Positions 21,386 to 31,330 of a DNA stretch of 64,000 bases are shown one piece after another. Source of the DNA: Longimicrobiales bacterium (lineage in GTDB: Bacteria; Gemmatimonadota; Gemmatimonadetes; Longimicrobiales; Gaopeijiaceae); contig CAXXKM010000002.1 in NCBI GenBank assembly GCA_963664435.2, positions 64,001 to 128,000 of the forward strand, written 5' to 3'. Under the pieces are notes generated by a model that was not told the DNA's origin, made no database searches, and saw nothing but the letters and a program-made list of their open reading frames with translations. Within the stretch, counting starts at the first letter, position 1. Each line of letters starts with the position of its first letter. The position numbers and the translations under genes are program-made.

Positions 21386-21892
21386 CTAGACCCGTGAGCC
21401 CTCGTCCCGGTCCCAGGTGGTGAAGGGACGCTCCGCCAGGTTGGTGTTGAGGTAGCGCGGATCGTCCGTGACCTCCTTACCCAGCCATTGCGGATGGGCG
21501 AACCTCTGGTCCTCATGGGACAACTCGATCTCGGCGACAACCAGCCCCGCGTTTTCCGCGTGGAACTCGTCGACTTCCCAGATGTGTCCGTCGGGCCCGG
21601 GGATGTTGTGGCGGGTCTTGTCGATAAGCGGGTGCCGGCATAACTCGCTGAGCATCTGCAAGGCGTCCTCCATCGGGATCGAGTATTCGAACTCGGAGGC
21701 GCGGGGGCCGACCTTGTTGCCTTTCACGTTCAGCGTGGCCCGTTCGCCGGCCGTTCGCACGCGTACCGAGCGAGTGGAAGAAGAGGACAGATAGCCCTGG
21801 CGGATGTGGATTCCGGACACGCCCGCTTGCGATGCCTCGGCCCTCCATGCGTCGGAACGCACCAGAAACTTCCGTTCGATCTCGTGCGCCAT
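21386..21892 (-). CDS. CYTH domain protein
   Basis: 'EIERKFLV', 'WEVDEF', 'VAEIEL' and 'WLGKEVT.D.RY.N'. Confidence 0.92.
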   Translation of the reverse strand: MAHEIERKFLVRSDAWRAEASQAGVSGIHIRQGYLSSSSTRSVRVRTAGERATLNVKGNKVGPRASEFEYSIPMEDALQMLSELCRHPLIDKTRHNIPGPDGHIWEVDEFHAENAGLVVAEIELSHEDQRFAHPQWLGKEVTDDPRYLNTNLAERPFTTWDRDEGSRV

Positions 21893-21971
21893 CGCCGTCC
21901 TTGCCTGATCCCCGGGTTGCGTGGCCGATTCCTGCCAATCCAAACTGCGGCTCGATGGCCTGTCACCAAAA

Positions 21972-22102
21972 GGGGCGGTCGTAGCGTCAAACGGGACAGT
22001 CCGGGGGTCAATCGGGCGGTCCGGGGGTCAAATGGGGCGGTCCGGGGTCAACCTGGGACAGTCTGGGGTCAACCGGGGCGGTCGTAGCATGAAACGGGAC
22101 AG
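21972..22102 (+). repeat. G-rich ~20-nt tandem repeat array bounded by ~28-nt direct repeats
   Basis: Four GG(A/G)C(A/G)GTC(C/T)GGGGTCAA units; GGGGCGGTCGTAGC.T.AAACGGGACAG at 21972 and 22075. Confidence 0.85.
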
Positions 22103-22245
22103 CCGCGGCGAACGGAGGAGCGTGCGAAATGGATGAGTCGTTGCAGGGGCGTGCGGCGCCGAAGAAGTGCAGGGAGCCGAGGGAGCACGTAGCGCGGAGG
22201 AAGCACCCGGGGTCGAAGGAGCACGGGGCTCTTGAGCGAGGCGGC

Positions 22246-23196
22246 GTGCCCGTCTCCCGGAGGGGATTCCTGAGCGCGGCGGCCGGGGCCACCCTCCTGG
22301 GTCCCCGGGTGGCGTGGGGGCGCCGCGCGGATCCCTACGTGCTGGTGCTGGGGGTGGCCCAGGACGGCGGCATGCCCCAAACCGGGTGCTACGCGCCCCG
22401 GTGCGACCGGGCTCGCGAGCGCGAGCAGCCGCGCTACGTGTCCTCTCTCGCCATCGTGGAGCCCGACGCCGGGCGCTACTACCTGGTGGACGCCTCCCCG
22501 GATCTGCGGCAGCAGATGGACCTGATCGATGACCCGGGCTTCCGGTCGCGCGCGCAGGCGCGTCGGCCCTTCGACGGCATCTTCCTGACCCACGCGCACA
22601 TGGGGCACTACCTGGGGCTCGCCCACCTGGGCCGGGAAGGCCTGGGGATCGCCCCCACGCCGTGCTACTGCAGCCCTGAGATGGCGGGCTTTCTTGCATC
22701 CAACGGCCCCTGGAGCCTGCTCGTGGACGAGGGGCGCCTTGACCTGCGTCCCGTCGAGTTCGACCGCTGGTACGCAATCGACGACAGCCTCTCCGCCATG
22801 GCCACCCCGGTCCCCCATCGGCCCGAGTTCTCGGATACCGTCGGCTGGACCTTCCGGGGTCCGAACCGGTCCGTCCTCTATCTCCCGGACATCGACAGCT
22901 GGGAGGCGTGGGACCGGGACGTCGCGGAGGTCGTGCGCGCCGTGGACGTGGCCCTGCTGGACGCTTCCTTCTACAGCCCCGGGGAGGTTCCGGGGCGGAA
23001 CATCGAGGACATCCCGCACCCGATGGTGCCCCACACGATGGATCTGCTGCAGGAGGTTGCGCGGGGCGAGAGCGAGGTCGTGTTCATCCATCTGAACAAC
23101 ACCAATCCGGCGCTGGACGAGGCTTCGGCGGAAGCCCGGGAGGTTGTGCGCCGGGGGTTCTCGGTCGCGAGCGAGGGGCAGAGGTTCGGGCTGTAG
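22246..23196 (+). CDS. Tat-exported PqqB-like metallo-beta-lactamase-fold hydrolase
   Basis: 'SRRGFL' Tat motif; 'LGVAQDGGMPQ', 'THAHMGH' and 'IHLNNTNP'; GTG start at 22246 is inferred. Confidence 0.8.
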   Translation: MPVSRRGFLSAAAGATLLGPRVAWGRRADPYVLVLGVAQDGGMPQTGCYAPRCDRAREREQPRYVSSLAIVEPDAGRYYLVDASPDLRQQMDLIDDPGFRSRAQARRPFDGIFLTHAHMGHYLGLAHLGREGLGIAPTPCYCSPEMAGFLASNGPWSLLVDEGRLDLRPVEFDRWYAIDDSLSAMATPVPHRPEFSDTVGWTFRGPNRSVLYLPDIDSWEAWDRDVAEVVRAVDVALLDASFYSPGEVPGRNIEDIPHPMVPHTMDLLQEVARGESEVVFIHLNNTNPALDEASAEAREVVRRGFSVASEGQRFGL

Positions 23197-23343
23197 CGCG
23201 GGGAGCAGGAGGCGTCAAACGGGACAGTCTGGGGTCAATCGGGCGGGCGGAGGCTGAAGGGCGGCGGGACGCTGTAGCGGGCAGGGGGCAGCGCTTCGGG
23301 CTGCGGGGCGGGAGAGCCGGAGGGTCGCGAGGGTCGCCGCTGG

Positions 23344-24741
23344 CTACCATGGGGCGCGGCGCAGGATCGCCCGTGCGCCCAGCACCGCGCCGAACGCGGT
23401 CGCGGAGGCGAGCAGGCCGACCACGCTGGCGGTGAACAGCGGCGGCAGGTTGTCGATGAGGCCGGTCCGGACCGCTACCCAGAGCATCACCCCGAACGCG
23501 ATCGCGGAAAGAGCTTCGGGTGAGCCGGCGCGCCGCGTGTAGAGGCCGCCCACGACGGGCACGAAAAGGCTGACGGCGAGCAGGGCGTAGAAGATGGTGA
23601 GGGCTTCGATGACGCCGGGGAGCGCGGCCGCCAGGAGGATGCCCAGCGCGCCGCCGGCGAGCGCCGCGATGCGCGCGACCCGCAGGACGGAGGCGTCGGA
23701 AGCGTCCGGGCGGACGAAGCGGCGGTAGAGGTCGCGCGAGAGCGATGTCGACAGCATGAAGAGGATGGCGTCCGAGGAGCTGAGCTCCGCCGAGAATACG
23801 GCGGCGAGGCCCAGGGCGCCGAGCCACACCGGAACGCCCACGGTGAGCACGAGCGGAAGGGCGAACTCGTGGTCAGCCAGCGCGGGGTCGTAGACGCGCG
23901 CGATCATGCCCAGAAGCGGCGGGACGGCGGCGAAGAGGAGGAGGGCGACCGCGGTGGCGGCGAGGCCGATGCGGATCGCGCGGGCGTCGATGGCGCCGTA
24001 GGCCTTCTGGATGAGGCCGGGGGAGATCACGAAGCCGGGCGCTATCAGGGCGAGGTAGATCCAGCCGGATTCGCCGCCCTGCAGGAAGTCCAGGCCGCCG
24101 GGTGGGGCGGCGGCGGCGACCGCCTCCCAGCCGCCTGCGGCGGCCATCGCCCATGGGAGGGCGATCCCGAAGCCCGCGACCATGACGACCAGCTGCACCA
24201 GGTTGACCCACGCGGCCACCAGGAGCCCGCCCGCGGCGAAGTAGGCCGTGGCGACCACCCCGCCCACTACCACCCCCCATCCCCGCGGCCAACCGGCCAC
24301 GACCGTGAAGATATCGGACATTGCGATGAGCTGGCCGGCCAGCAGCGCGAGCGTGCCCAGCCAGAGCAGCACGGCGATGATGGCGCGTACAGAGGGACCG
24401 TAGCGGTCGTCGAGATAGTCGCCCAGGGTGAGGTGGCCGCGGGCGCGGGCGACCGCCCAGATGCGCGGTCCCACCCAGAGCGCGAGGACCAGAGTACCGA
24501 TCCCCGCGGAGCCCACCCACCACCAGCCCGCGAGGCCGTCCCGGTAGCCCAGGCCGGCCGCGCCGATGGTGGTGCCCGCGCCGATGTTGGCGGCGAGGAT
24601 GGTGGCGAAGAGCAGGCCCGGGCCGAGCGACCGGCCCGCGACGAAGAAGCCGCCCGCGTTCGAGACCCGCCGTCCCAGCCAGAGGCCGAGGGCAATCAGC
24701 CCGGCCGAGTAGGCGAGGAGGAGCAGGAGGGTGGTGTTCAC
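23344..24741 (-). CDS. Sodium:solute symporter family protein
   Basis: 'FFVAGRSLG', 'AANIGAG' and 'SAELSSSD'; many TM segments. Confidence 0.92.
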   Translation of the reverse strand: MNTTLLLLLAYSAGLIALGLWLGRRVSNAGGFFVAGRSLGPGLLFATILAANIGAGTTIGAAGLGYRDGLAGWWWVGSAGIGTLVLALWVGPRIWAVARARGHLTLGDYLDDRYGPSVRAIIAVLLWLGTLALLAGQLIAMSDIFTVVAGWPRGWGVVVGGVVATAYFAAGGLLVAAWVNLVQLVVMVAGFGIALPWAMAAAGGWEAVAAAAPPGGLDFLQGGESGWIYLALIAPGFVISPGLIQKAYGAIDARAIRIGLAATAVALLLFAAVPPLLGMIARVYDPALADHEFALPLVLTVGVPVWLGALGLAAVFSAELSSSDAILFMLSTSLSRDLYRRFVRPDASDASVLRVARIAALAGGALGILLAAALPGVIEALTIFYALLAVSLFVPVVGGLYTRRAGSPEALSAIAFGVMLWVAVRTGLIDNLPPLFTASVVGLLASATAFGAVLGARAILRRAPW

Positions 24742-26024
24742 GGGCGGGGGGCGGGGGGTGGGGCGGGGGTGGTGGCTGGGGCCGGGGCGCCTGGATGCTC
24801 GAATGGGTCAGGGCGGGTGGGTGGTCGGATCTGCGGGTCGGGCGGCGGCGTCTGCAGGTCGGCCGCGGTGGGGAGGCCGGGGAGCGGGGTCGCGCTGTGG
24901 ACGGCGTCCAGGATCGCTTCCGCGACCATCTCGGCCGCAAGCGCGCCCACCTGGCCGGCGCTCGCCCGCGCGCCATCGCCGAGGGTGCCCGTGGCGAGCG
25001 AGAAGGTGGTGTCGCCGTCGCCGGGGGTATGCGCGGGGTAGATCGCGCGGGCGTATCCATCCTGGGCCATCAGGGCTACCCGGGTGGCCTGCGCCTTGGT
25101 GAGGCGCGCGTTGGTGGCGACGACCCCGATGGTCGTGTTCCGGCCGCCCGACCCGCCCGACGAGGACCCGGCACGAAGGAGGACGCGGGCGTCCGCCAGG
25201 GTGGTCCCGTCCTCGCTGCGCACGCCCGCAACCACCCGGCCGGTCGCCGGGTCGACGACATCGCCCACGGAGTTGACCGCCACGAGGGCCGCCACCACCA
25301 GCCCGGTGGGCAGCGTGATGGAGGCGCTCCCGACCCCGCCCTTCATCGCGCGGCCCATCCCCGCCAGCTTGCCGACGGTCGCACCCGCGCCGGCGCCGAC
25401 ACTCCCGGACTCGACTGGACCCTCGGCCGCGCCGGCTGCCGCCCGGTACCCGCACTCCGGTCCGGGACGCACCGTCCAGTCGCCGCCCACGCCCAGATCG
25501 AACAGGATCGCCGCGCTCACGATGGGCACGCGCACAACCGGACCGACCGCGTATCCCACTCCCTGTTCCTCCAGGTAGCGCACGACACCGCTGGCCGCGT
25601 CCAGCCCGAATGCGCTTCCTCCCGCGAGCACGACCGCATTCACTGTCTCGACGGTATTGACCGGATCGAGCAGGTCGGTCTCACGCGTGCCGGGCGCCCC
25701 TCCCCGCACGTCCACGCCGCCGACCGTGCCCTCGGGTGCCAGCACGACCGTGCATCCGGTGGGACGCTCCGCCAGGGTGTGGTGCCCCACCCGGATACCG
25801 GGCACGTCGGTCAGGCCGCCACGAGGAGCGACCTCGCCGGTGTCCTGCGACCACGCCGGATCGGCGGCCAGAAGCAGCACCGCGCCAACAATCCCCGCCG
25901 GCGGGAGCCGACGGCCGATGGCGGCAGCCCAACGACCCGGGCTCACCGATCCGGGCCGCGCGCGCCGGCGGCTTCCGCATCGATCGTTCGACCGGGGCTG
26001 GAGCAGCGAAGAGAGGTGCCACAT
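24738..26024 (-). CDS. DmpA/P1 (S58) family aminopeptidase; start uncertain
   Basis: 'LTDVPGIRVGH', 'GGAPGTRETDLL', 'GGSAFGL', 'NTTIGVVATNA' and 'DGDTTF'. Confidence 0.9.
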   Translation of the reverse strand: MWHLSSLLQPRSNDRCGSRRRARPGSVSPGRWAAAIGRRLPPAGIVGAVLLLAADPAWSQDTGEVAPRGGLTDVPGIRVGHHTLAERPTGCTVVLAPEGTVGGVDVRGGAPGTRETDLLDPVNTVETVNAVVLAGGSAFGLDAASGVVRYLEEQGVGYAVGPVVRVPIVSAAILFDLGVGGDWTVRPGPECGYRAAAGAAEGPVESGSVGAGAGATVGKLAGMGRAMKGGVGSASITLPTGLVVAALVAVNSVGDVVDPATGRVVAGVRSEDGTTLADARVLLRAGSSSGGSGGRNTTIGVVATNARLTKAQATRVALMAQDGYARAIYPAHTPGDGDTTFSLATGTLGDGARASAGQVGALAAEMVAEAILDAVHSATPLPGLPTAADLQTPPPDPQIRPPTRPDPFEHPGAPAPATTPAPPPAPRP

Positions 26025-26246
26025 GCGGTCAATCTCCATTGGGAACGAACGGATGGGAAGGCCGGACGCGATACCGGGTAGTCCGGCCAGCCGCCGCGAC
26101 GGAACGAAGATCGGACCCCGCGCGTGTCGGGGCTTCGCACTGCGCGCCGGCGGCGCAAGCCCGATTGTACCCAATTGCCGCCCCTCGGTCCCCGCGCGAT
26201 CTTCCGGGCGATTCGCCGAATCCTTCATCCCCGCGTCCCTCGATCC

Positions 26247-27497
26247 GTGATCAGCATCCGCCCCATCCGCCGCGCACTCGTGCCGGTCGATTCTGCCGCC
26301 GCCGCCCGCGTGAGCGCCCCCAACTACGACGAGTTCCAGAGCGACGAAGAGGTGCGCGCGCTCATCCGGCGGACGCCCGAGAGCGTGCTCCGCGTGACCA
26401 TGCCGCACTGCGATCCCGGGGCGGTGGAGGGAGTCGCCGCCGACTCTCGTCCCGCACTCGCGCTCGCCGCCGCCAACATGCGGGCGCTCATCGACAGCGA
26501 CAGCGTGCGCGTCGCGCCCAACCTGCTGTACGCCTACCGCATCGACGATCCGAACCGGGCCGGCGTCGACCAGATCGGTCTCGGCGGCATGGCCCGCATC
26601 CGGGAAATCCGGACTGCCATCACCCCCACTGCCCCCATCATCCGCAACGAGGGCGTCCGCGAGCAGAAGGCGCGAGGGCGGGCCCGGCTGATCGAGGCTA
26701 CATCCGCGTTCATCGGCACGGTCAACTGTGCCGTCCCGGATGCTTCGGGAGAGTTCGCCCGCGCCCTCGAACACCTGGCGTCAGGTCGCGCGCCCGACCA
26801 CGGAGCCGACGATGATCGCGGGTGCCGCCACGAAATCTGGCTCATTGACGACCCCTCCGCCCGGGAGCGCCTGATCGCACTCGCAGCCTCCGAACCGGAA
26901 GCCTACGTCGCCGACGGGAACCATCGCAGCGCGGCCGCCGCGATGCTCGACCGCGAGCACTTCCTGTGCGTCTTCTTCCCGATGGACCGCATGTCGCTGG
27001 CCCCGTACAACCGGCTGGTGCGCGATGTCGGAATGGAGGACAGGACGGTGCTCACGCGGCTCCGCGAAAGCTTCGCGATCGACGAAGTCCCGGGAGCGCA
27101 TCAGCCCGCCCGAACGCACCACATCGGCCTCTATACCGGACGCGCCTGGTACCGCCTGCGTCCCCTTCCCGGCAGCTACGACGAGCGCAACGCGGTGGAG
27201 TGCATCGACGCCGACATCGTCCAGCGCAACTTCTTCGATGCCGTCCTCGGCATCGCCGAACCGGGCGACCGGCGACTCAACTTCGTCGGAGGAGACCGAG
27301 ACCTCGACTTCCTGCAGGCGGGCGTGGACAGCGGCGAGTATCGCTACGCCGTCACGCTTGCGCCCGTCACCCTGGGGCAGTTTGCGGCGGTGTGTCGCCA
27401 GAATCGCATCATGCCGCCCAAGTCGACCTGGTTTCAGCCCAAGATTCGTAGCGGCCTGGTGATGGCGCTGGAAGAGGAAACGCCCGGGTCGAAATAG
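26247..27497 (+). CDS. DUF1015 family protein
   Basis: 'YVADGNHRSAAA' and 'MPPKSTWFQPK'; GTG start inferred. Confidence 0.88.
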   Translation: MISIRPIRRALVPVDSAAAARVSAPNYDEFQSDEEVRALIRRTPESVLRVTMPHCDPGAVEGVAADSRPALALAAANMRALIDSDSVRVAPNLLYAYRIDDPNRAGVDQIGLGGMARIREIRTAITPTAPIIRNEGVREQKARGRARLIEATSAFIGTVNCAVPDASGEFARALEHLASGRAPDHGADDDRGCRHEIWLIDDPSARERLIALAASEPEAYVADGNHRSAAAAMLDREHFLCVFFPMDRMSLAPYNRLVRDVGMEDRTVLTRLRESFAIDEVPGAHQPARTHHIGLYTGRAWYRLRPLPGSYDERNAVECIDADIVQRNFFDAVLGIAEPGDRRLNFVGGDRDLDFLQAGVDSGEYRYAVTLAPVTLGQFAAVCRQNRIMPPKSTWFQPKIRSGLVMALEEETPGSK

Positions 27498-27624
27498 CCG
27501 TAGCCGACCCAACCTGAATGACCCGGCCCAGTGGGGACCGAGCGAGCCGCGATTGGCACCGTCAGCCCGTGGTCCCCATTTTGACGGGTATCCCCATCAG
27601 ACCGCAGGACCGGAGGTTGTTCCG

Positions 27625-29373
27625 ATGCTAGACTCCAATACCAACCGCAGGCGGTTCATGGCGCGTTTCGCCGGAACCGGACTGAGCGCTACCCTGCTCC
27701 CGGGCGTGCTCTGGGCCAGAATGCAGGAAGCCGGCGCCCGGGAAGTCACCGCCGAGATGCTCGACGACGCGCTGGCGATTTCGGGCCTCGAGTTCGGCGA
27801 GGAAGAACGCGAGCGCATGGTCGAGTCGGTGAACAACCGGCTGGACGACTATCAGGAACTTCATGAACTGAAGATCCCCAACGACATCTCGCCGCCCTTC
27901 CACTTCAACCCGCTCGTTCCGGGCATGCAGGTGGACCGCTCGGTGACGCCGTTCAGAATGAGCACCCTGCCGAGGCTCGAGCGTCCCTCCAACCTGGAGG
28001 ACGTCGCCTTTTGGTCCGTGCGCGAGCTTGCGGAGCTCGTGCGCACGCGGCAGGTGACCTCGGTCGAGCTGACGGAGATGTACCTGCAGCGTCTCGAGCG
28101 TTACAACCCGCTGCTCAACTGCGTGGTCACGCTCACCGACGAACTGGCGCTGGCCCAGGCGCGCGAGGCGGATCGTGAGATTGCCGCCGGACGCTACCGG
28201 GGGCCGCTGCACGGGATCCCGTGGGGCGCAAAGGACATCATCGCGACCCGTGGCTACAAGACCACCTGGGGCTCACCTGCCTACCAGGACCAGGTCATCG
28301 ACATGGACGCGTCGATCATCGAGATGCTGCGTGGGGCGGGCGCGGTGCTGGTCGCCAAGCTCACCACCGGCGAGCTGGCCGGGGGAGACCAGTGGTTCGG
28401 GGGCCAGACGATGAACCCCTGGGACCCGTCGACGGGCTCCGGTGGTTCTTCGGCAGGTCCGGGATCGGCCACGGCGGCCGGGCTGGTCGGCTTCTCGATC
28501 GGAACCGAGACCAGCGGCTCGATCCTGGGACCCTCCTCCCGCTGCGGCGTCACGGGCCTGCGGCCGACGCTGGGCCGGATCAGTCGGTACGGGGTGATGG
28601 CGCTCTCCTGGACCCAGGACCGGCTGGGCCCGATGTGCCGCTCCGCCGAGGACTGCGCCCTGGTGATGCGGGCCATATCCCGCCCCGACGGCCTCGACCT
28701 GAGCGTGCAGGACCTGCCTTTCAACTGGGACGGCGCCCGCGAGGCGACCCGACTGCGGGTGGGCTATCTGGAGGGGGCGTTCGAGGAGATCGAGGAAGCC
28801 GACTACCGGAGCGCTCACCAGCGCACCCTCGAGGAGCTCGAGTCCCTCGGTTTCATGCTGACGCCCATTCACATCCCCGAATGGTCGATCACCGTGACCG
28901 CGCACAGCGTCGAGATGGCGGTCTTCTTCGACGAACTGCTGCGGTCCGGCAGGGCGGAACTGCTGGGTCGCCAGACCCGCGCGGACGGATTGCGCTCGGC
29001 GCGGGTGATCCCGGCGGTCGAGTACCTCCAGTCTCAACGCGCGCGCACCATGATGATGATGCAGCTCGCGGAGGCGACTTCCGGCGTGGACGTCTATCTC
29101 ATCCCCCGGGCGCCACGCCGCCCGCCCAACCAGCAGTCCGACGAGCCCCCGCCCTACAGCCACGGCCGCAACGCGAGCAGCATGACCAACTACGCGACCC
29201 ATCCGGCCCTCGCGGTGCCCAACGGGTTCAACGAAGCCGGACTTCCCACGAGCATGACCTTCTGTGCTCAACCCTTCCGCGAGACGGAACTGCTGACGGT
29301 GGCGCGCGCGTATCAGGACGCGACCGACCACCACAGGCAGTACCCGGATCTGGACAGCGCGGCGTCCGGGTAG
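27625..29373 (+). CDS. Amidase-signature family protein with Tat-like signal
   Basis: 'NRRRFM'; 'GPLHGIPWGAKD', 'GGSSAG' and 'GTETSGSI'; GGAGG RBS. Confidence 0.92.
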   Translation: MLDSNTNRRRFMARFAGTGLSATLLPGVLWARMQEAGAREVTAEMLDDALAISGLEFGEEERERMVESVNNRLDDYQELHELKIPNDISPPFHFNPLVPGMQVDRSVTPFRMSTLPRLERPSNLEDVAFWSVRELAELVRTRQVTSVELTEMYLQRLERYNPLLNCVVTLTDELALAQAREADREIAAGRYRGPLHGIPWGAKDIIATRGYKTTWGSPAYQDQVIDMDASIIEMLRGAGAVLVAKLTTGELAGGDQWFGGQTMNPWDPSTGSGGSSAGPGSATAAGLVGFSIGTETSGSILGPSSRCGVTGLRPTLGRISRYGVMALSWTQDRLGPMCRSAEDCALVMRAISRPDGLDLSVQDLPFNWDGAREATRLRVGYLEGAFEEIEEADYRSAHQRTLEELESLGFMLTPIHIPEWSITVTAHSVEMAVFFDELLRSGRAELLGRQTRADGLRSARVIPAVEYLQSQRARTMMMMQLAEATSGVDVYLIPRAPRRPPNQQSDEPPPYSHGRNASSMTNYATHPALAVPNGFNEAGLPTSMTFCAQPFRETELLTVARAYQDATDHHRQYPDLDSAASG

Positions 29374-29436
29374 GACGGGAAGGCAGGGGGGCGGGAGCCC
29401 GGCGACCGGCATTCCGCCGCGGGGAACAGCGCCACC

Positions 29437-30345
29437 ATGATCGACGCACTGATCGGACAGACGCCCACGCTGCGCCTCAAGCGCGTCGTGGAGCCGAACA
29501 TGGCGGAGGTGTGGCTCAAGCTGGAGGGCATGAATCCCGCCGGCTCGATCAAGGACCGGACGGCCCGGGCCATGATCGACGACGCCGAGGCGCGCGGATT
29601 GCTCAAGCCCGGGGGCACCATCGTCGAGCCCACCTCCGGAAATACCGGCATCGGCCTCGCCCAGATCGCGGCCTGGCGCGGATACAGGCTCATCCTCTGC
29701 ATGCCCTCCTCGATGAGCGCCGAGCGCAAGCGCACGCTCAGGGCCTACGGAGCGGATTTCGTGCTCACCGACCCGGAGCGGCGCATGCTGGCGGCCCGGG
29801 AGGAAGCCGAACGCATCGCGGGAGAGACCGGCGCCTTGTATCCGGACCAGTTCTCCAATCCCGCCAATCCCCGCATCCACTACGAGACCACCGGACCGGA
29901 GCTCTGGGCCGACATGAAGGGGCGCATCGATGTGTTTGTGTACGGATCGGGGACCGGCGGGACCATCAGCGGGACCGGGCGATTCCTGAAGGAGATGGAT
30001 CCGCGCATCAACGTGGTGGCGGTCGAGCCCGCGCGCTCGCCGGTGATTTCAGGAGGCGAACGCGGGCAGCATCAGTTCCAGGGAATGGGACCGGGCTTCA
30101 TCCCCGAAAACCTGGACCTCAGTGTCCTCGACCGCGTGATCACGGTCTACGAAGAGGACGCCTTCCCATTGGGCCGGCGCCTCGCCCGCGAGGAAGGTCT
30201 CTTCCTGGGGATGAGCAGCGGCGCCATCGTGTACGCGGCGCTCGAGATCGCGCGCGAGATCGGTCCGGGCCACCGCGTCGCCGCCATCTCGCCCGACGAC
30301 GGCGCGCGCTACCTGACCACCGCGCTGTACTCGCCGGAACCGTAG
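29437..30345 (+). CDS. cysK: Cysteine synthase A
   Basis: 'NPAGSIKDR', 'EPTSGNTG' and 'GTGGT'. Confidence 0.93.
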   Translation: MIDALIGQTPTLRLKRVVEPNMAEVWLKLEGMNPAGSIKDRTARAMIDDAEARGLLKPGGTIVEPTSGNTGIGLAQIAAWRGYRLILCMPSSMSAERKRTLRAYGADFVLTDPERRMLAAREEAERIAGETGALYPDQFSNPANPRIHYETTGPELWADMKGRIDVFVYGSGTGGTISGTGRFLKEMDPRINVVAVEPARSPVISGGERGQHQFQGMGPGFIPENLDLSVLDRVITVYEEDAFPLGRRLAREEGLFLGMSSGAIVYAALEIAREIGPGHRVAAISPDDGARYLTTALYSPEP

Positions 30346-30449
30346 CACCGATCCGTAGCGCGAGCCGACCGTGACAGCATCCCTGCTGGCAGGGGAGCTC
30401 GCCCGCATCTAGTATTCCGATGTCTGCCCGTCCGTACATGGAGGAGCCC

Positions 30450-31283
30450 ATGCGTGTCGTCTCTCTACGCCTCATCCCCTTCATCTTCGTCCGGCCCTCG
30501 CGTTTCGCTCCTGCCGTGGTTGCCATCGCAGCCCTGCTCGCGGTGGCGTGCGCACCGGCGGACGACGGACCCCCAACGTACTTCGAGGATCCGGACCTCC
30601 AGCGCATCTACAGCCGCATGATGGAAGAGATGGCGCCGGATCGGGGATGGGAGCGCGTGCGCTACATCGCCTTCGACCGGGTGGTGGATCGCGGGGGTGA
30701 CGTGCCTTCGCGCAGAGGGCACCGCTGGGATGTCTGGGGCGGGATGTACCGGATGGTCGGCGATGCGGGCGGCCAGGAGATGGTCGCCGTGATCGACACC
30801 AACGATCCCACCGGAAACGAGCGCATCTGGCTGGACGGCGAGCTCGTCACCGACCCGGCGCTGTCCGACTCGCTGGCCGATCGCGCCCACGGCAGCTTCA
30901 TCAACGACACCTACTGGTTCCTGATGCCCTACAAGTGGGCCGACCCCGGGGTCAACACCGTCTATCTGGGCGAGAGGGGGATGGACGGCCGGGCGTACGA
31001 AGTGGTGGAACTCACCTTCGACGCCGTCGGACGCACTCCGCAGAACAAGTACCGCGGCTGGGTCGACCCCGAGACGGGCCTGATGGCGTACTGGCAGCAC
31101 TGGCGCAACGCCAGCGATCCAGAGCCTGCCTTCACCCTGGCGTGGACGGAATGGACGCGGTACGGACCGCTCCTCCTCTCGCCCGCGCGCCCGGATTCCG
31201 CGGGCTACTCCCGCGTCAACTTCGAGAACATGGAAGCGTCGCTGGAGATGCCCGAGGGGATGTTCGAGGGTCCGGGGGGCTGA
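30450..31283 (+). CDS. Hypothetical lipoprotein
   Basis: Lipobox 'AVAC'; 'FINDTYWFLMPYKW'; GGAGGAG RBS. Confidence 0.75.
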   Translation: MRVVSLRLIPFIFVRPSRFAPAVVAIAALLAVACAPADDGPPTYFEDPDLQRIYSRMMEEMAPDRGWERVRYIAFDRVVDRGGDVPSRRGHRWDVWGGMYRMVGDAGGQEMVAVIDTNDPTGNERIWLDGELVTDPALSDSLADRAHGSFINDTYWFLMPYKWADPGVNTVYLGERGMDGRAYEVVELTFDAVGRTPQNKYRGWVDPETGLMAYWQHWRNASDPEPAFTLAWTEWTRYGPLLLSPARPDSAGYSRVNFENMEASLEMPEGMFEGPGG

Positions 31284-31330
31284 CTCACTTGAAGGCCAAG
31301 CTGAACTGGTCGTCCACCGCGCTCCGAGCT

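Noticed and set aside
21972..22102. CRISPR array
   Set aside because: Degenerate ~20-nt tandem units without spacers.
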